Source: Verrucomicrobiaceae bacterium (GTDB lineage: Bacteria > Verrucomicrobiota > Verrucomicrobiia > Verrucomicrobiales > Akkermansiaceae). From it: DNA of 64,000 bases. The DNA is taken from positions 96,001 to 160,000 of the forward strand of contig JBPOGH010000007.1 of assembly GCA_051252135.1 (NCBI GenBank), written 5' to 3'. The position numbers and the translations under genes were made by a program. Below, in pieces: positions 38,746-50,867 of the stretch. The notes below the pieces were generated by a model, which was given only the letters and a program-made list of their open reading frames with translations, was not told the origin of the DNA and did not search any database. Position 1 is the first letter of the stretch; the number at the start of each line of letters is the position of its first letter.

Positions 38746-39704
38746 AGGTTTGCGTTGCGTCACCTTATTCCCTTGATGATCCCAAAGGGAACACCGTGAC
38801 GACGGTGCGGATCGTGGAGATCTTGAAGGAGGCGGGAATCGATGCCCGAGGGAGGCATGGGTTTGATGGTGAGCCGGCCGATGTTTTGATTGTGCTGCAT
38901 GCGGCCAAGGGGGCGTCGGCCTTGGCGCGGTATCGGGCCGAGTTTCCTGAAGGAAAGGTCATCCTTTTACTCACTGGAACGGATCTTTATCAGGATATTC
39001 CGGCCGGGTCGGAAGCGGGGTTGGGGTCAATGACGGCAGCCGATTGTATTGTGGTAATGCATGAAGCGGCGGTAGCGAGTGTGCCGGAGGAGTTCACCTG
39101 GAAGACCCGGGTGATCAATACGAGTCTGTCACCTGTTTTTCCCAAAGCAGAGGTGGTGAGGCCCCCATGGGCGATTTCGATTATCGGGCATTTGCGACCG
39201 GTTAAGAATCCTTTTGCGGTGATCGAAGCGGTTTCCCGTCATCCTGAATGGGCGGAGGTGGAAGTTTGGCAGATTGGAGGAGCACTTGATGAGGCGATGG
39301 AGAAAGAAGCCATCGAGTGGGGTCGTCGCGACGGGCGGTATCGCTGGTTTGGACAGGTTGTGAGGGAGGAAGCCTTGACGCTTTGTGCCCGGAGTTCTCT
39401 GACGGTGAATAGCTCCCATCATGAGGGGGGGGCCAATTCGGTGCTTGAAGCGATGACGATGGGAGTTCCGGTTTTGGGGAGCCGAATCGAAGGAAATGTG
39501 GGTTTGCTTGGTGAGGGATATCCCGGCCTTTACGATCCGGGTGATTTGGAAGAGCGGCTCAGCGAAATCGTTTCGGGATCGGTTGATTTGACGGAATGGG
39601 TGGAGGCCGCCAATACGCGGCTGTCCCAATTTACCAGAGAGCATGAGCAGGCCTGTTGGCTTGAGTTGCTAGAGGAACTCACCTATCCAAAGAAGTCCCG
39701 ATGA
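38742..39704 (+). CDS. GT4-type glycosyltransferase, selenosugar synthase SenB-like (TIGR04348-like)
   Basis: GNTVT, LHA, LTGTDLYQDI, GHLRPVKNP, EGGAN..EA, SRIEGNVGLLG. Confidence 0.78.
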   Translation: MKVCVASPYSLDDPKGNTVTTVRIVEILKEAGIDARGRHGFDGEPADVLIVLHAAKGASALARYRAEFPEGKVILLLTGTDLYQDIPAGSEAGLGSMTAADCIVVMHEAAVASVPEEFTWKTRVINTSLSPVFPKAEVVRPPWAISIIGHLRPVKNPFAVIEAVSRHPEWAEVEVWQIGGALDEAMEKEAIEWGRRDGRYRWFGQVVREEALTLCARSSLTVNSSHHEGGANSVLEAMTMGVPVLGSRIEGNVGLLGEGYPGLYDPGDLEERLSEIVSGSVDLTEWVEAANTRLSQFTREHEQACWLELLEELTYPKKSR

Positions 39705-40828
39705 GCCAATTCGATTACATTAAGGAAATCGCAGATCAGTTTGCGGTGAATGGAGAGCTGGTTGATTGCAGTGAGATCAAATCAGGTCACATCAATTCCA
39801 CCTACTTGGTCTCGTATGAAACCAGCGGGGGAGAGCAGTCGCGTTATATTCTCCAGAGAATCAACGAGCATGTGTTTAAGGATCCTTACGCGGTGATTCG
39901 CAACGTTGCCCGGGTGACGAAGCACATTAATGAAAAGGTGCTTAAGCATCATGAAGATGCGGCAGGTCAGACTCTGAGTCTTTATCCGGGACGGGACGGG
40001 AAGGTTTATGTGGAAGGCGAGGGCGGGGGAGTCTGGCGTTGTTATAATTTCATCGAGGGCTGTGCGACCTATGACGTGATCGAAAATGAGCAGCAGGCCT
40101 ATCAGGCCGGGAATGCTTTTGGGGCGTTTCAGGATCTGGTGAGAGATCTTCCCACCGACAGGATCGTGGAAACCATTCCGAATTTTCACGATACGGCATC
40201 CCGTTACCGGCGTTTGATGGACGTGATTGCGGCAGACCCCAAGGGACGGGTTGCGGAAGTTGGGAAGGAGATTGAGTTCATTCGTGAGCGGGAGGGGAGC
40301 ACCCGGGTTCTGCTCGATAAGATCGCTTCCGGAGAGCTTTGTGAGCGGATTACCCATAACGACACGAAGCTGAACAATGTGATGATCGACGAAGAGACCG
40401 ATCAGGCGGTGTGTGTGATCGACCTTGATACGGTAATGCCCGGTCTACCCCTCTACGACTTTGGTGATTTGATCCGAACGGCAACGAGTCCGGCGGAGGA
40501 AGATGAGCGCGATCTTTCGAAAGTTGAGATGCGGATGTCGATGTTTGAGCCCTTGGTAAGAGGTTATCTGGATACCGCGGGGGGATTCCTTTCACCTCTT
40601 GAGATTGAGCTGCTTCCGTTTTCGGGGATCGTGATTACCCTGGAGACCGGAATTCGTTTTCTGACGGATTACCTTGAGGGGGATGTTTACTTTAAGATTC
40701 ACCGCGACGGGCAGAATCTGGATCGCTGTCGGACCCAGTTGGCGCTGGTGAAATCAATTGAGGAGCAGGAGGAGGAGATGAAGGCCGCGGTAACGCGGAT
40801 TCTGACAGACGGGGCTCCCGAGTGGTGA
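39701..40828 (+). CDS. APH-fold sugar kinase, N-acetylhexosamine 1-kinase-like
   Basis: GHINST, LQRIN..VF, ETIPNFH, THNDTKLNN, IDLDTVMPG..YDFGD. Confidence 0.85.
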   Translation: MSQFDYIKEIADQFAVNGELVDCSEIKSGHINSTYLVSYETSGGEQSRYILQRINEHVFKDPYAVIRNVARVTKHINEKVLKHHEDAAGQTLSLYPGRDGKVYVEGEGGGVWRCYNFIEGCATYDVIENEQQAYQAGNAFGAFQDLVRDLPTDRIVETIPNFHDTASRYRRLMDVIAADPKGRVAEVGKEIEFIREREGSTRVLLDKIASGELCERITHNDTKLNNVMIDEETDQAVCVIDLDTVMPGLPLYDFGDLIRTATSPAEEDERDLSKVEMRMSMFEPLVRGYLDTAGGFLSPLEIELLPFSGIVITLETGIRFLTDYLEGDVYFKIHRDGQNLDRCRTQLALVKSIEEQEEEMKAAVTRILTDGAPEW

Positions 40829-40832
40829 TTGT

Positions 40833-42605
40833 TTAGAAGGGCCAGAAATAAGGGATGGTCACGATGGCGACAAGCCAGAGGAGGAGGTTGAGAGGAATGC
40901 CAATTTTGGGGAAATCGGAGAAGCGATACCCTCCGGCTCCGAAGACGTAGGTGTTGGTCTGGTATCCGATGGGAGTGGCGAAGCTTGCGCTGGCTCCAAA
41001 CATGATGGCGACGACGAAGGGTCGCGGGTCCACATCCATCCCGTGGGCGATGGAAATGGCGATGGGGGTGAGGAGGATGGCGACCGCGTTGTTGGTGATC
41101 ATTTCGGTGAGGACCGAAGCCAGAAGGTAGATGAACGCGAGGACGACGAGGGGGCCGAAGGGGGCGAGAAGGTCGGCGGTGGAGACGGCGATGAGATGGG
41201 CTGCTCCGGTGTTTTCCATGGCCTGGCCCAAGCCGAGCATGCCGAAGATGATGAAGAGAATGGGCCATTCCACGCTGCGGTAGGCTTCGTGCGGATCGAG
41301 GCATCCCAGTAGAATGACGGCCACGGCACCGACGAGAGCGGCAGAGACGATGGGGATTCCCAGTGCCGAGAGGATGACCACGGCAAGGATGGCGGCGATG
41401 GCGAAGGGGGCTTTCTTGCGGCGGAAGGAGCGCTCCACGGTATCGTTGAGGAAGATGAGGTCTTCTTCCCGTTCCTGGAAGCGGGTGAGGTTTTCTTCGG
41501 GAGCTTCGATGAGGAGGGTGTCGCCCAGCTGCAGGGGAATGGTGGCGAGTTCGTTTTCGAGATTGGATCCCTTGCGATGGAGGGCGGCGACGACAATTCC
41601 GTGCTGCTGGCGGAGATCGAGTTCCGCGAGTGTTTTGCCGGGGAAGTTGGACATGGGGCCGATCATGGCTTCGACCAAGCGAACGGAGCCCCGGCGTCCG
41701 GTTTCGGGATTTCTCTCGAAGGAGAGGCCACCGATATCCCTAAGTTCGGATACCTTGCGGGAGTGGACATTGAGGACAATGGTATCGCCTTTTTCGAGAA
41801 CCAGTTCATCGATGGGAACGTCGCTGACCCGTTGGCCGCCACGAACGACGTAGTAGATTCGGAACGAGGGGCTCTTCCACAAGGAGGTTTCTCCCATGGT
41901 CTTTCCGGCGAATTGCGAACCTTCGGTGACCTCGGCGGTGGAAAGGAAACTGCGGAGATCCTCGGATTTCAAAAGGGAGGATACGGTGTCGCGATTGGGC
42001 AGGAGTCGGACACCTACCAGGAAAATGTAAGAGGTTCCTACGAGGGCGTAAATGAGGCCCATGGGGGAAATTTCGAAGACGCCGAAGGGTTTCATGCCAG
42101 CCTCGACAGCCACGCCGTTGACCAAAATATTGGTCGAAGTTCCGAAGAGAGTCATCGTTCCGCCCAAGATGGAGAGAAAGGAAAGGGGGATCAGGAGGCG
42201 GGAGGACTTGAGGCCTGATGATCTGGCGAAGCCGATGACGATGGGGAGGAAGACGACGACGACGGGGGTGTTGTTGATGCAGGCGGAGAGGGGGAGGACG
42301 ATGAGGGCGAGGATGGCGAGGGCGCGGCGCTCGCTGTTGCCGGCGGCTTTTTGGAAGAGTTGGGCGAGGCTCTCGATGACTCCGACGCGAACCAAGGCGG
42401 CGCTGAGAACGAACATGGCACCAATGGTGAGGGGGGCGCTGTTGCGAAAGACGCCGGTGACGTCATCGGCTCCCAGCATGCCGCAGATGATGCAGAGGGC
42501 GAAGGCGGCCAGGGAAACGAGATCGGGAGGGAGCCACTCCTTGAGGTAACAGGCGAAGGTGGCACCGAGGATGAGAAACACGGCGATGAGCTGGAACGTT
42601 TCCAT
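40833..42605 (-). CDS. SLC13/DASS permease with TrkA-C domains
   Basis: INNTPVV, GTSTN, two TrkA-C domains, ITNNA, FATPIGYQTN. Confidence 0.93.
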   Translation of the reverse strand: METFQLIAVFLILGATFACYLKEWLPPDLVSLAAFALCIICGMLGADDVTGVFRNSAPLTIGAMFVLSAALVRVGVIESLAQLFQKAAGNSERRALAILALIVLPLSACINNTPVVVVFLPIVIGFARSSGLKSSRLLIPLSFLSILGGTMTLFGTSTNILVNGVAVEAGMKPFGVFEISPMGLIYALVGTSYIFLVGVRLLPNRDTVSSLLKSEDLRSFLSTAEVTEGSQFAGKTMGETSLWKSPSFRIYYVVRGGQRVSDVPIDELVLEKGDTIVLNVHSRKVSELRDIGGLSFERNPETGRRGSVRLVEAMIGPMSNFPGKTLAELDLRQQHGIVVAALHRKGSNLENELATIPLQLGDTLLIEAPEENLTRFQEREEDLIFLNDTVERSFRRKKAPFAIAAILAVVILSALGIPIVSAALVGAVAVILLGCLDPHEAYRSVEWPILFIIFGMLGLGQAMENTGAAHLIAVSTADLLAPFGPLVVLAFIYLLASVLTEMITNNAVAILLTPIAISIAHGMDVDPRPFVVAIMFGASASFATPIGYQTNTYVFGAGGYRFSDFPKIGIPLNLLLWLVAIVTIPYFWPF

Positions 42606-42675
42606 GATGTGGCCTCTTGGTTGTGAGGCGATCAATACTCTGGATTTTTTCAGGATCCACTGAAATCGCAGGGGG

Positions 42676-43047
42676 TTATCCTTCCAAGGCGTATGCGCCT
42701 GCCATGATCAGGCTGATGATGAACGAGAGGATCGAGAGGATGGTTCCCAGCTCAAAGAGGCGGTAGGAGGCGATGATTCCGAGACACCAGCGGGAGAAGC
42801 AGAAGCCGCCGACGCTTGCGTAGGCCAGGCTCATCCACTTTGCGGCGTCTCCCTGGATTGTGACGTCGTGTCTGCGGCCAAACCAGACTGCTTCTTCGGT
42901 GACCCACGCCTGGCGGGCGAAATAAAAGATGACGAGCGGGAGGATGATTCCGAGAAGGATGAGTTTGAGGTTTCCGCCGTTGGGCGGATAGGCGAAATCT
43001 TCAGCCTCGGCTGCGGTGTGTCGTCGCGGGTCTTTGAAGAGGGCCAT
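42676..43047 (-). CDS. hypothetical membrane protein
   Basis: Three hydrophobic segments. Confidence 0.65.
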   Translation of the reverse strand: MALFKDPRRHTAAEAEDFAYPPNGGNLKLILLGIILPLVIFYFARQAWVTEEAVWFGRRHDVTIQGDAAKWMSLAYASVGGFCFSRWCLGIIASYRLFELGTILSILSFIISLIMAGAYALEG

Positions 43048-43170
43048 GGGGCGGACAAATGGATTTTGAATTCAGATTAATCTCAAGTCGTTGTCTGAGA
43101 ATGACGTTGTTGAGAGGGAGGGGCGAGAAGTTCCTTTCCAATCGTGGGTGGTGGCTTTAGGTCTCCTTGC

Positions 43171-43665
43171 ATGTTCAGCGCAAGTCAGCTTACGGAGGAT
43201 CAGAAAGAGGCCATCCACGGATGGGTGGCGGAGGGGGCGCAGATGTCCGAGGTGCAGAAGCGACTGAAGGATGATTTTGGTTTTTCGGTGACTTATATGG
43301 ATACGCGGTTTTTGTCGCTTGATTTGGATTTGAAGTTCGTGATCGAGGAGGAGCCGGAGGCTGAAGTGGCGGAGGATATTTTGAGTGAGGAGTCCCCAAT
43401 TGAAGACAATCCGCAGGTAGGAGCGGCTGCACCGGTGCCGGAGGGCGGGTTTCAGCCGGTGGTGGCGACGGTCGATCAGATTGCGCGGCCCGGGGCAATG
43501 GTTTCCGGGAAAGTGACCTTTTCCGATGGGGAGAATGGGATGTGGATGATTGATGAGATGGGGCGGCCTTCGGTCGATCCCGACACGCCGGGGTATCGCC
43601 CGAGTGAGAGCGATTTGATCGAGTTCCAGAACAAGCTCCGGGATTTGCTGGATGGGCCGGGTTAG
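43171..43665 (+). CDS. hypothetical protein
   Basis: Globular acidic ORF filling the gap between genes. Confidence 0.75.
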   Translation: MFSASQLTEDQKEAIHGWVAEGAQMSEVQKRLKDDFGFSVTYMDTRFLSLDLDLKFVIEEEPEAEVAEDILSEESPIEDNPQVGAAAPVPEGGFQPVVATVDQIARPGAMVSGKVTFSDGENGMWMIDEMGRPSVDPDTPGYRPSESDLIEFQNKLRDLLDGPG

Positions 43666-45116
43666 GCGAGGATGTCGGTAACGACCTTTGCGGGTTTCAC
43701 GCCGGTGAGCTTTTGGTTGAGGCCCTGCCAGGGCATGGAGAGCTTGTTGTGATCGAAGCCGACGAGCTGGAGGAGGGTGGCGTGGAAGTCGCGGAGGTTG
43801 ACGGGGTTTTTCATGGCGAGGTAGCCCATGGGGTCGGTCTCGCCGTAGGAGAGGCCGGGTTTTACGCCCGCGCCCGCCATCCAGATGGTGAAGGCATTGG
43901 GATTATGGTCGCGGCCGAGGTAGGTCATTTTGGCGCCATTGCGATTTTCCTGCATGGGGGTGCGGCCGAACTCGCCGCCCCAGACGACGAGGGTGTCATC
44001 GAGCATGCCGCGTTGTTTGAGGTCGGTGAGGAGGGCGGAGATGGGTTTGTCGATGGATCGGCATTTGCCGATGAATCCCTCGTTGAGGGCTTCGTCTTTT
44101 CCGGCACCGTGTGAGTCCCAGCCCCAGTCGTAGAGCTGGATGAAGCGGACTCCGTTTTCGGCCAGGCGTCGGGCGAGGAGGCAGTTGTTGGCGAATGATT
44201 CCTTACCGGGTTGGGTGCCGTAGGCGTCGTGGACGTGTTGGGGTTCGTCCTTGATGGACATGACCTCGGGGACGGAGATTTGCATGCGGAAGGCCATCTC
44301 GTATTGGGCGATGCGGGTGATGGTCTCGGGGTCGGCGATTTTTGAGAAGGTCTCGTGGTTGAGTTCCTTAAGGGCATCGAGGGCGGCGCGGCGGGTCTGG
44401 CGGGTGACGCCTTTTGGATTGGCGGTGTTGAGGACGGGATCGCCGAAGGATTGGCATTGGACGCCCTGGTAGACGGAGGGAAGGAAGCCGGAGCCCCAGA
44501 GGGATTTTCCGACGCGGGGGACGCGGCCACCGGAGAGGAGGACCATGAAGCCGGGGAGGTTTTGGTTTTCGGCACCGAGGCCCCAGGTGATCCAGGAGCC
44601 GATGGAGGGGTAGCCGAGGCGGGCGTTCCCGGTATGGACCATGAGCTGGGCGGGGCCGTGGTTGAATTGGTCGGTGACCATCGTTTTGACGAAGCAGAGG
44701 TCATCGGCGTGCTTTGCGAGCTCAGGGAGGCGGTCGGAAATCCAGGCACCGGATTGGCCGTGTTGTTTGAAATCGTAGACGGGTCCGAGCATTTGGGGGG
44801 TGCCCTGGATGAAGGCGAAGCGCTGGCCTTCGAGGTATTCCTGGGGGCAGTCCTTGCCGTCGTATTTTTTGAGCTCGGGTTTGTAGTCGAAGAGCTCCAG
44901 TTGGGAGGGCGCTCCGATCATATGAAGGTAAATGACCCGCTTCACCTTGGGATTGACCTGCGGCAGAAGGGGGGCGAGGGGGGCCTGTGGATTGTGTTGG
45001 ATGCCTGCGCCCGCCCCTTGTGCCATTTCGTTGGCGAGCCACATGCCTCCGAGTCCGGTGGTGCAATCACGGAGGAAGTGGCGACGGGTGGTGTTTTGAA
45101 GATCCAGATAGGCCAT
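43662..45116 (-). CDS. DUF1501 protein (Tat signal)
   Basis: TRRHFL, GAPSQLELFDYKP, CLLARRL, WGGEFGRTP, GRDH. Confidence 0.93.
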   Translation of the reverse strand: MAYLDLQNTTRRHFLRDCTTGLGGMWLANEMAQGAGAGIQHNPQAPLAPLLPQVNPKVKRVIYLHMIGAPSQLELFDYKPELKKYDGKDCPQEYLEGQRFAFIQGTPQMLGPVYDFKQHGQSGAWISDRLPELAKHADDLCFVKTMVTDQFNHGPAQLMVHTGNARLGYPSIGSWITWGLGAENQNLPGFMVLLSGGRVPRVGKSLWGSGFLPSVYQGVQCQSFGDPVLNTANPKGVTRQTRRAALDALKELNHETFSKIADPETITRIAQYEMAFRMQISVPEVMSIKDEPQHVHDAYGTQPGKESFANNCLLARRLAENGVRFIQLYDWGWDSHGAGKDEALNEGFIGKCRSIDKPISALLTDLKQRGMLDDTLVVWGGEFGRTPMQENRNGAKMTYLGRDHNPNAFTIWMAGAGVKPGLSYGETDPMGYLAMKNPVNLRDFHATLLQLVGFDHNKLSMPWQGLNQKLTGVKPAKVVTDILA

Positions 45117-45225
45117 AGTGACGAAGCTCGTTTATCTTTAACGAATCTCAAGGGGGGAACCTTGCGGGGAGATGTCATTTTTAGTTGGGGGAAAGTCAGG
45201 GGAAGCTGCCTCCGTAGAGAAGAGG

Positions 45226-45843
45226 ATGAAGATTTTAGGAGTCATGGCGATGGGGCTGTTGGCGGGTTGCCAGTGCGAGAGGAGGCAAGAGGCCCCTTGG
45301 GTGGTGCCGGCGGAGGAAGAGTGGAAGGCCCTGCAATTTGGCGGAGACGGAGCGGTTCAGTGGTCGGATGGTGAGTTGAGCCTTGATTTGGGGGCTGAGC
45401 TGACCGGGGCCCTTTATGAGGGTGATTTACCGGAAATTCCCTATGAGCTGGAGCTGGAGGCCGAGAAGCGCAATGGGAGCGATTTTTTTTGCGGGCTGAC
45501 CTTTCCGGTGCGATCAAAGGATGAATGTCTCACCCTGATTGTGGGTGGTTGGGGCGGGGGAACGGTGGGGCTCTCATCGGTGGATGGCGAAGATGCTTCC
45601 CGCAATGAAACGACGAGTTATCACCTTTTTGAGAAAAACAGGTGGTATGCGGTGCGGTTGCGGGTGACCGAGGCGGAAGTGGAGGTCTGGATCGATGGTG
45701 AACAGGTGATTGATTTGGCGATTGAGGGAAAATCGCTGGGGCTAAGACCGGGTATGATTGAGCTGTGTGCGCCGTTTGGAGTGGGGGCGTGGCAGACGGA
45801 GGCCGGGCTGCGGGGAATTCGTTGGCGTTCTCTTGCTGATTAG
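45226..45843 (+). CDS. DUF1080 (3-keto-disaccharide hydrolase-like) lipoprotein
   Basis: Lipobox LAGC; GSDFFCGLTFP, GGWGG.VGLSS. Confidence 0.8.
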   Translation: MKILGVMAMGLLAGCQCERRQEAPWVVPAEEEWKALQFGGDGAVQWSDGELSLDLGAELTGALYEGDLPEIPYELELEAEKRNGSDFFCGLTFPVRSKDECLTLIVGGWGGGTVGLSSVDGEDASRNETTSYHLFEKNRWYAVRLRVTEAEVEVWIDGEQVIDLAIEGKSLGLRPGMIELCAPFGVGAWQTEAGLRGIRWRSLAD

Positions 45844-45958
45844 GACTTGTCATTTTCCACAAGCAACGTTAAGGGAATCCCCAACAACTTCTGACGTCAG
45901 TAAGGAGTGGGTTTTACAACCCGCTCTTTTTGGTCTCAGGAAACCAGCATTTTAGAAC

Positions 45959-47314
45959 ATGACTACTGATATCGTTGCCCTCATTGAGTTCTACGAAAAA
46001 GAAAAGGCGATCGAGCGCGAGCGCGTTGTCGAAGCGCTGCAGTATGCTTTTTGCTCCGCTTATCGCAAAATGGTGCCCGGAGCAGAGGCCATTGAGACTC
46101 TTTCCGCCCAGATCAACGAGAAGAAGGGCGATACCCGCATTTTTGCCTCCCTCGAGGTGGTAGCCGATGACGATTATGTCGATAAGTTCAACGAAGTGCC
46201 CCAGTCTCTGGCTTCCAAGAAACAGCCGGGTATTCAGATCGGAGATCGCATCGATCTTGATGTGACTCCTCCCAACTTCGGGCGGATTGCGGTGCAGACG
46301 GCGAAGCAGACCATGATGCAGCGTCTTCGTCAGGCTGAGAAAGAAAAGATTTATGACGAGTTCAAGGATCGTGCGGGCGACATCGTCAGCGGTTCGGTGC
46401 GTCGCTTCGAAAAGAGCGATGTGATGGTTGATCTGGGTAAGTTTGAAGCGCGTATGCCATCCAAGGAGCGCGTGGTGACGGAAGACTACAATGTGGGTGA
46501 TCGCATCCGCTGTTATGTGGTGTCGGTGGATAATGAAGGTCGTGGACCGGAAATCATTCTTTCCCGCAGCCATCCCAACTTTGTTCGTCGGCTCTTTGAA
46601 TCGGAGGTTGCTGAGATTTCCGATCGCACCGTGGAACTCCGGGCCGTGGCCCGTGAGGCGGGATACCGCACGAAGGTGGCTGTATTCAGTCATGACGACA
46701 AGGTGGACCCGGTGGGTGCCTGCGTCGGTCTCCGGGGAGCTCGGGTGAAAAACATTGTTCGTGAATTGAACAATGAAAAAGTGGATATCATCCGCTGGAC
46801 CGAAGATATCAACGAATTTGTGACCGAGGCCTTGAAGCCTGCCCAAGTGCGCAGCATCAAGCTCGACGAGAAAGGCAAAGTTGTCCATGTCACCGTGGAT
46901 GAAGAAGACCTTAGCAAGGCAATTGGTCGGCGTGGCCAGAATGCGCGCCTGACCTCCAAGCTAGTGGGCTGGGATGTTCAGGTGAAGAAGGACGAGAGCC
47001 AGCACGAAAAGTTCGAAGCCCGGGTGGAAGACGCAGCTCTGCACCTTGGAGAATCCCTTGGACTCACTCCGGAGCTTTCAGATCGCCTTTTCCGTGCCGG
47101 TGGTGTCTCCAGTGAAATGGTGACCCAGATGCCGGCGGACTACATTGCTTCTGCATTGGGAATTGAAGTTTCCGAAGCTGATACGGTGCTGGAGAAAGCC
47201 CAGGCATTGATTTCCGGAGCAATCGAAGCAGTGTCGGAAGTCGTGGATGCGCCTGCCGAAGAAACACCTGTTGTTGAAGAAACACCCGCGGAGGAGAACA
47301 GCTCCGAAGCATAA
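45959..47314 (+). CDS. nusA: transcription factor NusA
   Basis: FGRIAVQTAKQ, S1 domain, AREAGYRTK, DPVGACVG, AIGRRGQNARL. Confidence 0.97.
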   Translation: MTTDIVALIEFYEKEKAIERERVVEALQYAFCSAYRKMVPGAEAIETLSAQINEKKGDTRIFASLEVVADDDYVDKFNEVPQSLASKKQPGIQIGDRIDLDVTPPNFGRIAVQTAKQTMMQRLRQAEKEKIYDEFKDRAGDIVSGSVRRFEKSDVMVDLGKFEARMPSKERVVTEDYNVGDRIRCYVVSVDNEGRGPEIILSRSHPNFVRRLFESEVAEISDRTVELRAVAREAGYRTKVAVFSHDDKVDPVGACVGLRGARVKNIVRELNNEKVDIIRWTEDINEFVTEALKPAQVRSIKLDEKGKVVHVTVDEEDLSKAIGRRGQNARLTSKLVGWDVQVKKDESQHEKFEARVEDAALHLGESLGLTPELSDRLFRAGGVSSEMVTQMPADYIASALGIEVSEADTVLEKAQALISGAIEAVSEVVDAPAEETPVVEETPAEENSSEA

Positions 47315-47361
47315 ACCGATCGCCGATACAGGCACCTGCCCCCAAGACCACCAACTACGGT

Positions 47362-49482
<2,121 letters not shown>

Positions 49483-49518
49483 GGGGGACCTCCCGACCCG
49501 AATACCACCACTGCTGAC

Positions 49519-49878
49519 ATGGCCAAACGACTCGATAGAGTAAACGAATTGATGCGCCGCGAAATTAGCGCGGTCATTCAGCGTGAATTCGAGTGGAAGG
49601 GGAGTTTGGTCACGGTGAGCGAAGTCATTGTCACGCAGGACCTGAAAGAGGGGAAAGTGTTTGTGAGTGTTCTGGGCGGTCATGCGCAGGACGTCATCGA
49701 GAAGCTCAACAAGAAGCATGGTTTTATTCAGGGGCTTGTGTCAAAGCGGGTGGTTTTGAAAAACACCCCGGTGCTCCATTTTCGAATCGATAAATCGGCA
49801 GCGCGGGGAGTTGATGTGGTGAACCTTCTTGATGAGGTCGCCCAGTTGCCTACGGCCCCTCCAGAGGAGGAGGATTAA
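49519..49878 (+). CDS. rbfA: ribosome-binding factor A
   Basis: RLDRVNELMRREIS, TPVLHF; follows infB. Confidence 0.93.
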   Translation: MAKRLDRVNELMRREISAVIQREFEWKGSLVTVSEVIVTQDLKEGKVFVSVLGGHAQDVIEKLNKKHGFIQGLVSKRVVLKNTPVLHFRIDKSAARGVDVVNLLDEVAQLPTAPPEEED

Positions 49879-50043
49879 AAAGGGTGGGGGGAAGGGGAGT
49901 CCCGTTTGATCGATGATCCGAGTGGATCCCGGGAGGAATTGTGGGTAATCTTGGACTTTTTTCAAAAAATGTTCGCTTTTCTTAAAAATATAGGTAATTT
50001 GATTTTCATCCTTCCTTAAAGGATGGATTCACTACCTTACATT

Positions 50044-50649
50044 ATGAAAACACTAACGATCATTGGCGTTTCGCTTTCCCTCGGGGGAGTGTCCCCCCTC
50101 ACTGCGCAGATCGAGGACTTCGAAGGCGTATTTACCTATACGGGTGACTCTTCGACCGGAACCTTCGATTATTTCATCGATACCTCTGCTGATACCCTGA
50201 CCATTACCAATCCGACAGGTCGCTTCGTCAGCCTCTTCACGTTTCCCACCGATGTGACACCGATGGTGTTGCTTGCCCAAGACAACTTTTCAGTCACGGG
50301 CGCGGGTGCCGCCGGACTTTCTTCGCCGAGCTACGACTTCACTGGAAGCGAAACCAATCTATTTGGCCAGGAGAGTGGAGACGGCTTTTACTGGGCGTCC
50401 CAAAACCTTTCCGACGACGGTCAGTTCAACATGACCGTCCTGGGTGCCGGTCCGCAGAATAGCCCCACGGCCAATCTGGCGGATAGCACGTTCAATTCTT
50501 TTATCAGGAACGATGGGTCGACGGGGCCTCTGAATATTCTTCAAATTGGCGAGAGTAGCTCTTCTTACACCAGCGAAGCGGTTCCCGAGCCATCCGCGGT
50601 CCTCCTTTTGGGGATTTCAGCGATGGGATTGATGCGTCGTCGCCGATAG
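50044..50649 (+). CDS. PEP-CTERM sorted surface protein
   Basis: Signal peptide; C-terminal VPEPS-TM-RRRR. Confidence 0.92.
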   Translation: MKTLTIIGVSLSLGGVSPLTAQIEDFEGVFTYTGDSSTGTFDYFIDTSADTLTITNPTGRFVSLFTFPTDVTPMVLLAQDNFSVTGAGAAGLSSPSYDFTGSETNLFGQESGDGFYWASQNLSDDGQFNMTVLGAGPQNSPTANLADSTFNSFIRNDGSTGPLNILQIGESSSSYTSEAVPEPSAVLLLGISAMGLMRRRR

Positions 50650-50671
50650 AATTTCGAAATTGAAGCTGCTT

Positions 50672-50707
50672 AAAAAAGTCCTCCCGAAACGGAGGGCTTT
50701 TTTTTTC
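50672..50707 (+). terminator. rho-independent terminator
   Basis: AAAGTCCTCC-CGAAAC-GGAGGGCTTT followed by a T run. Confidence 0.8.
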
Positions 50708-50867
50708 TTTGGGGAAGGGGGGGATCTAAAACGGTGGGGCATTTGAGCGGAGAGAAGGTAATTTTCGGAGATGCGTGTTTGACAGGGGGTTCTCTGGTTT
50801 TGTTTACTCTTCGAAAGAGTTGGAGAAATAGATTTCGAAAATTCACAATCCCAATCGAAGACACACC

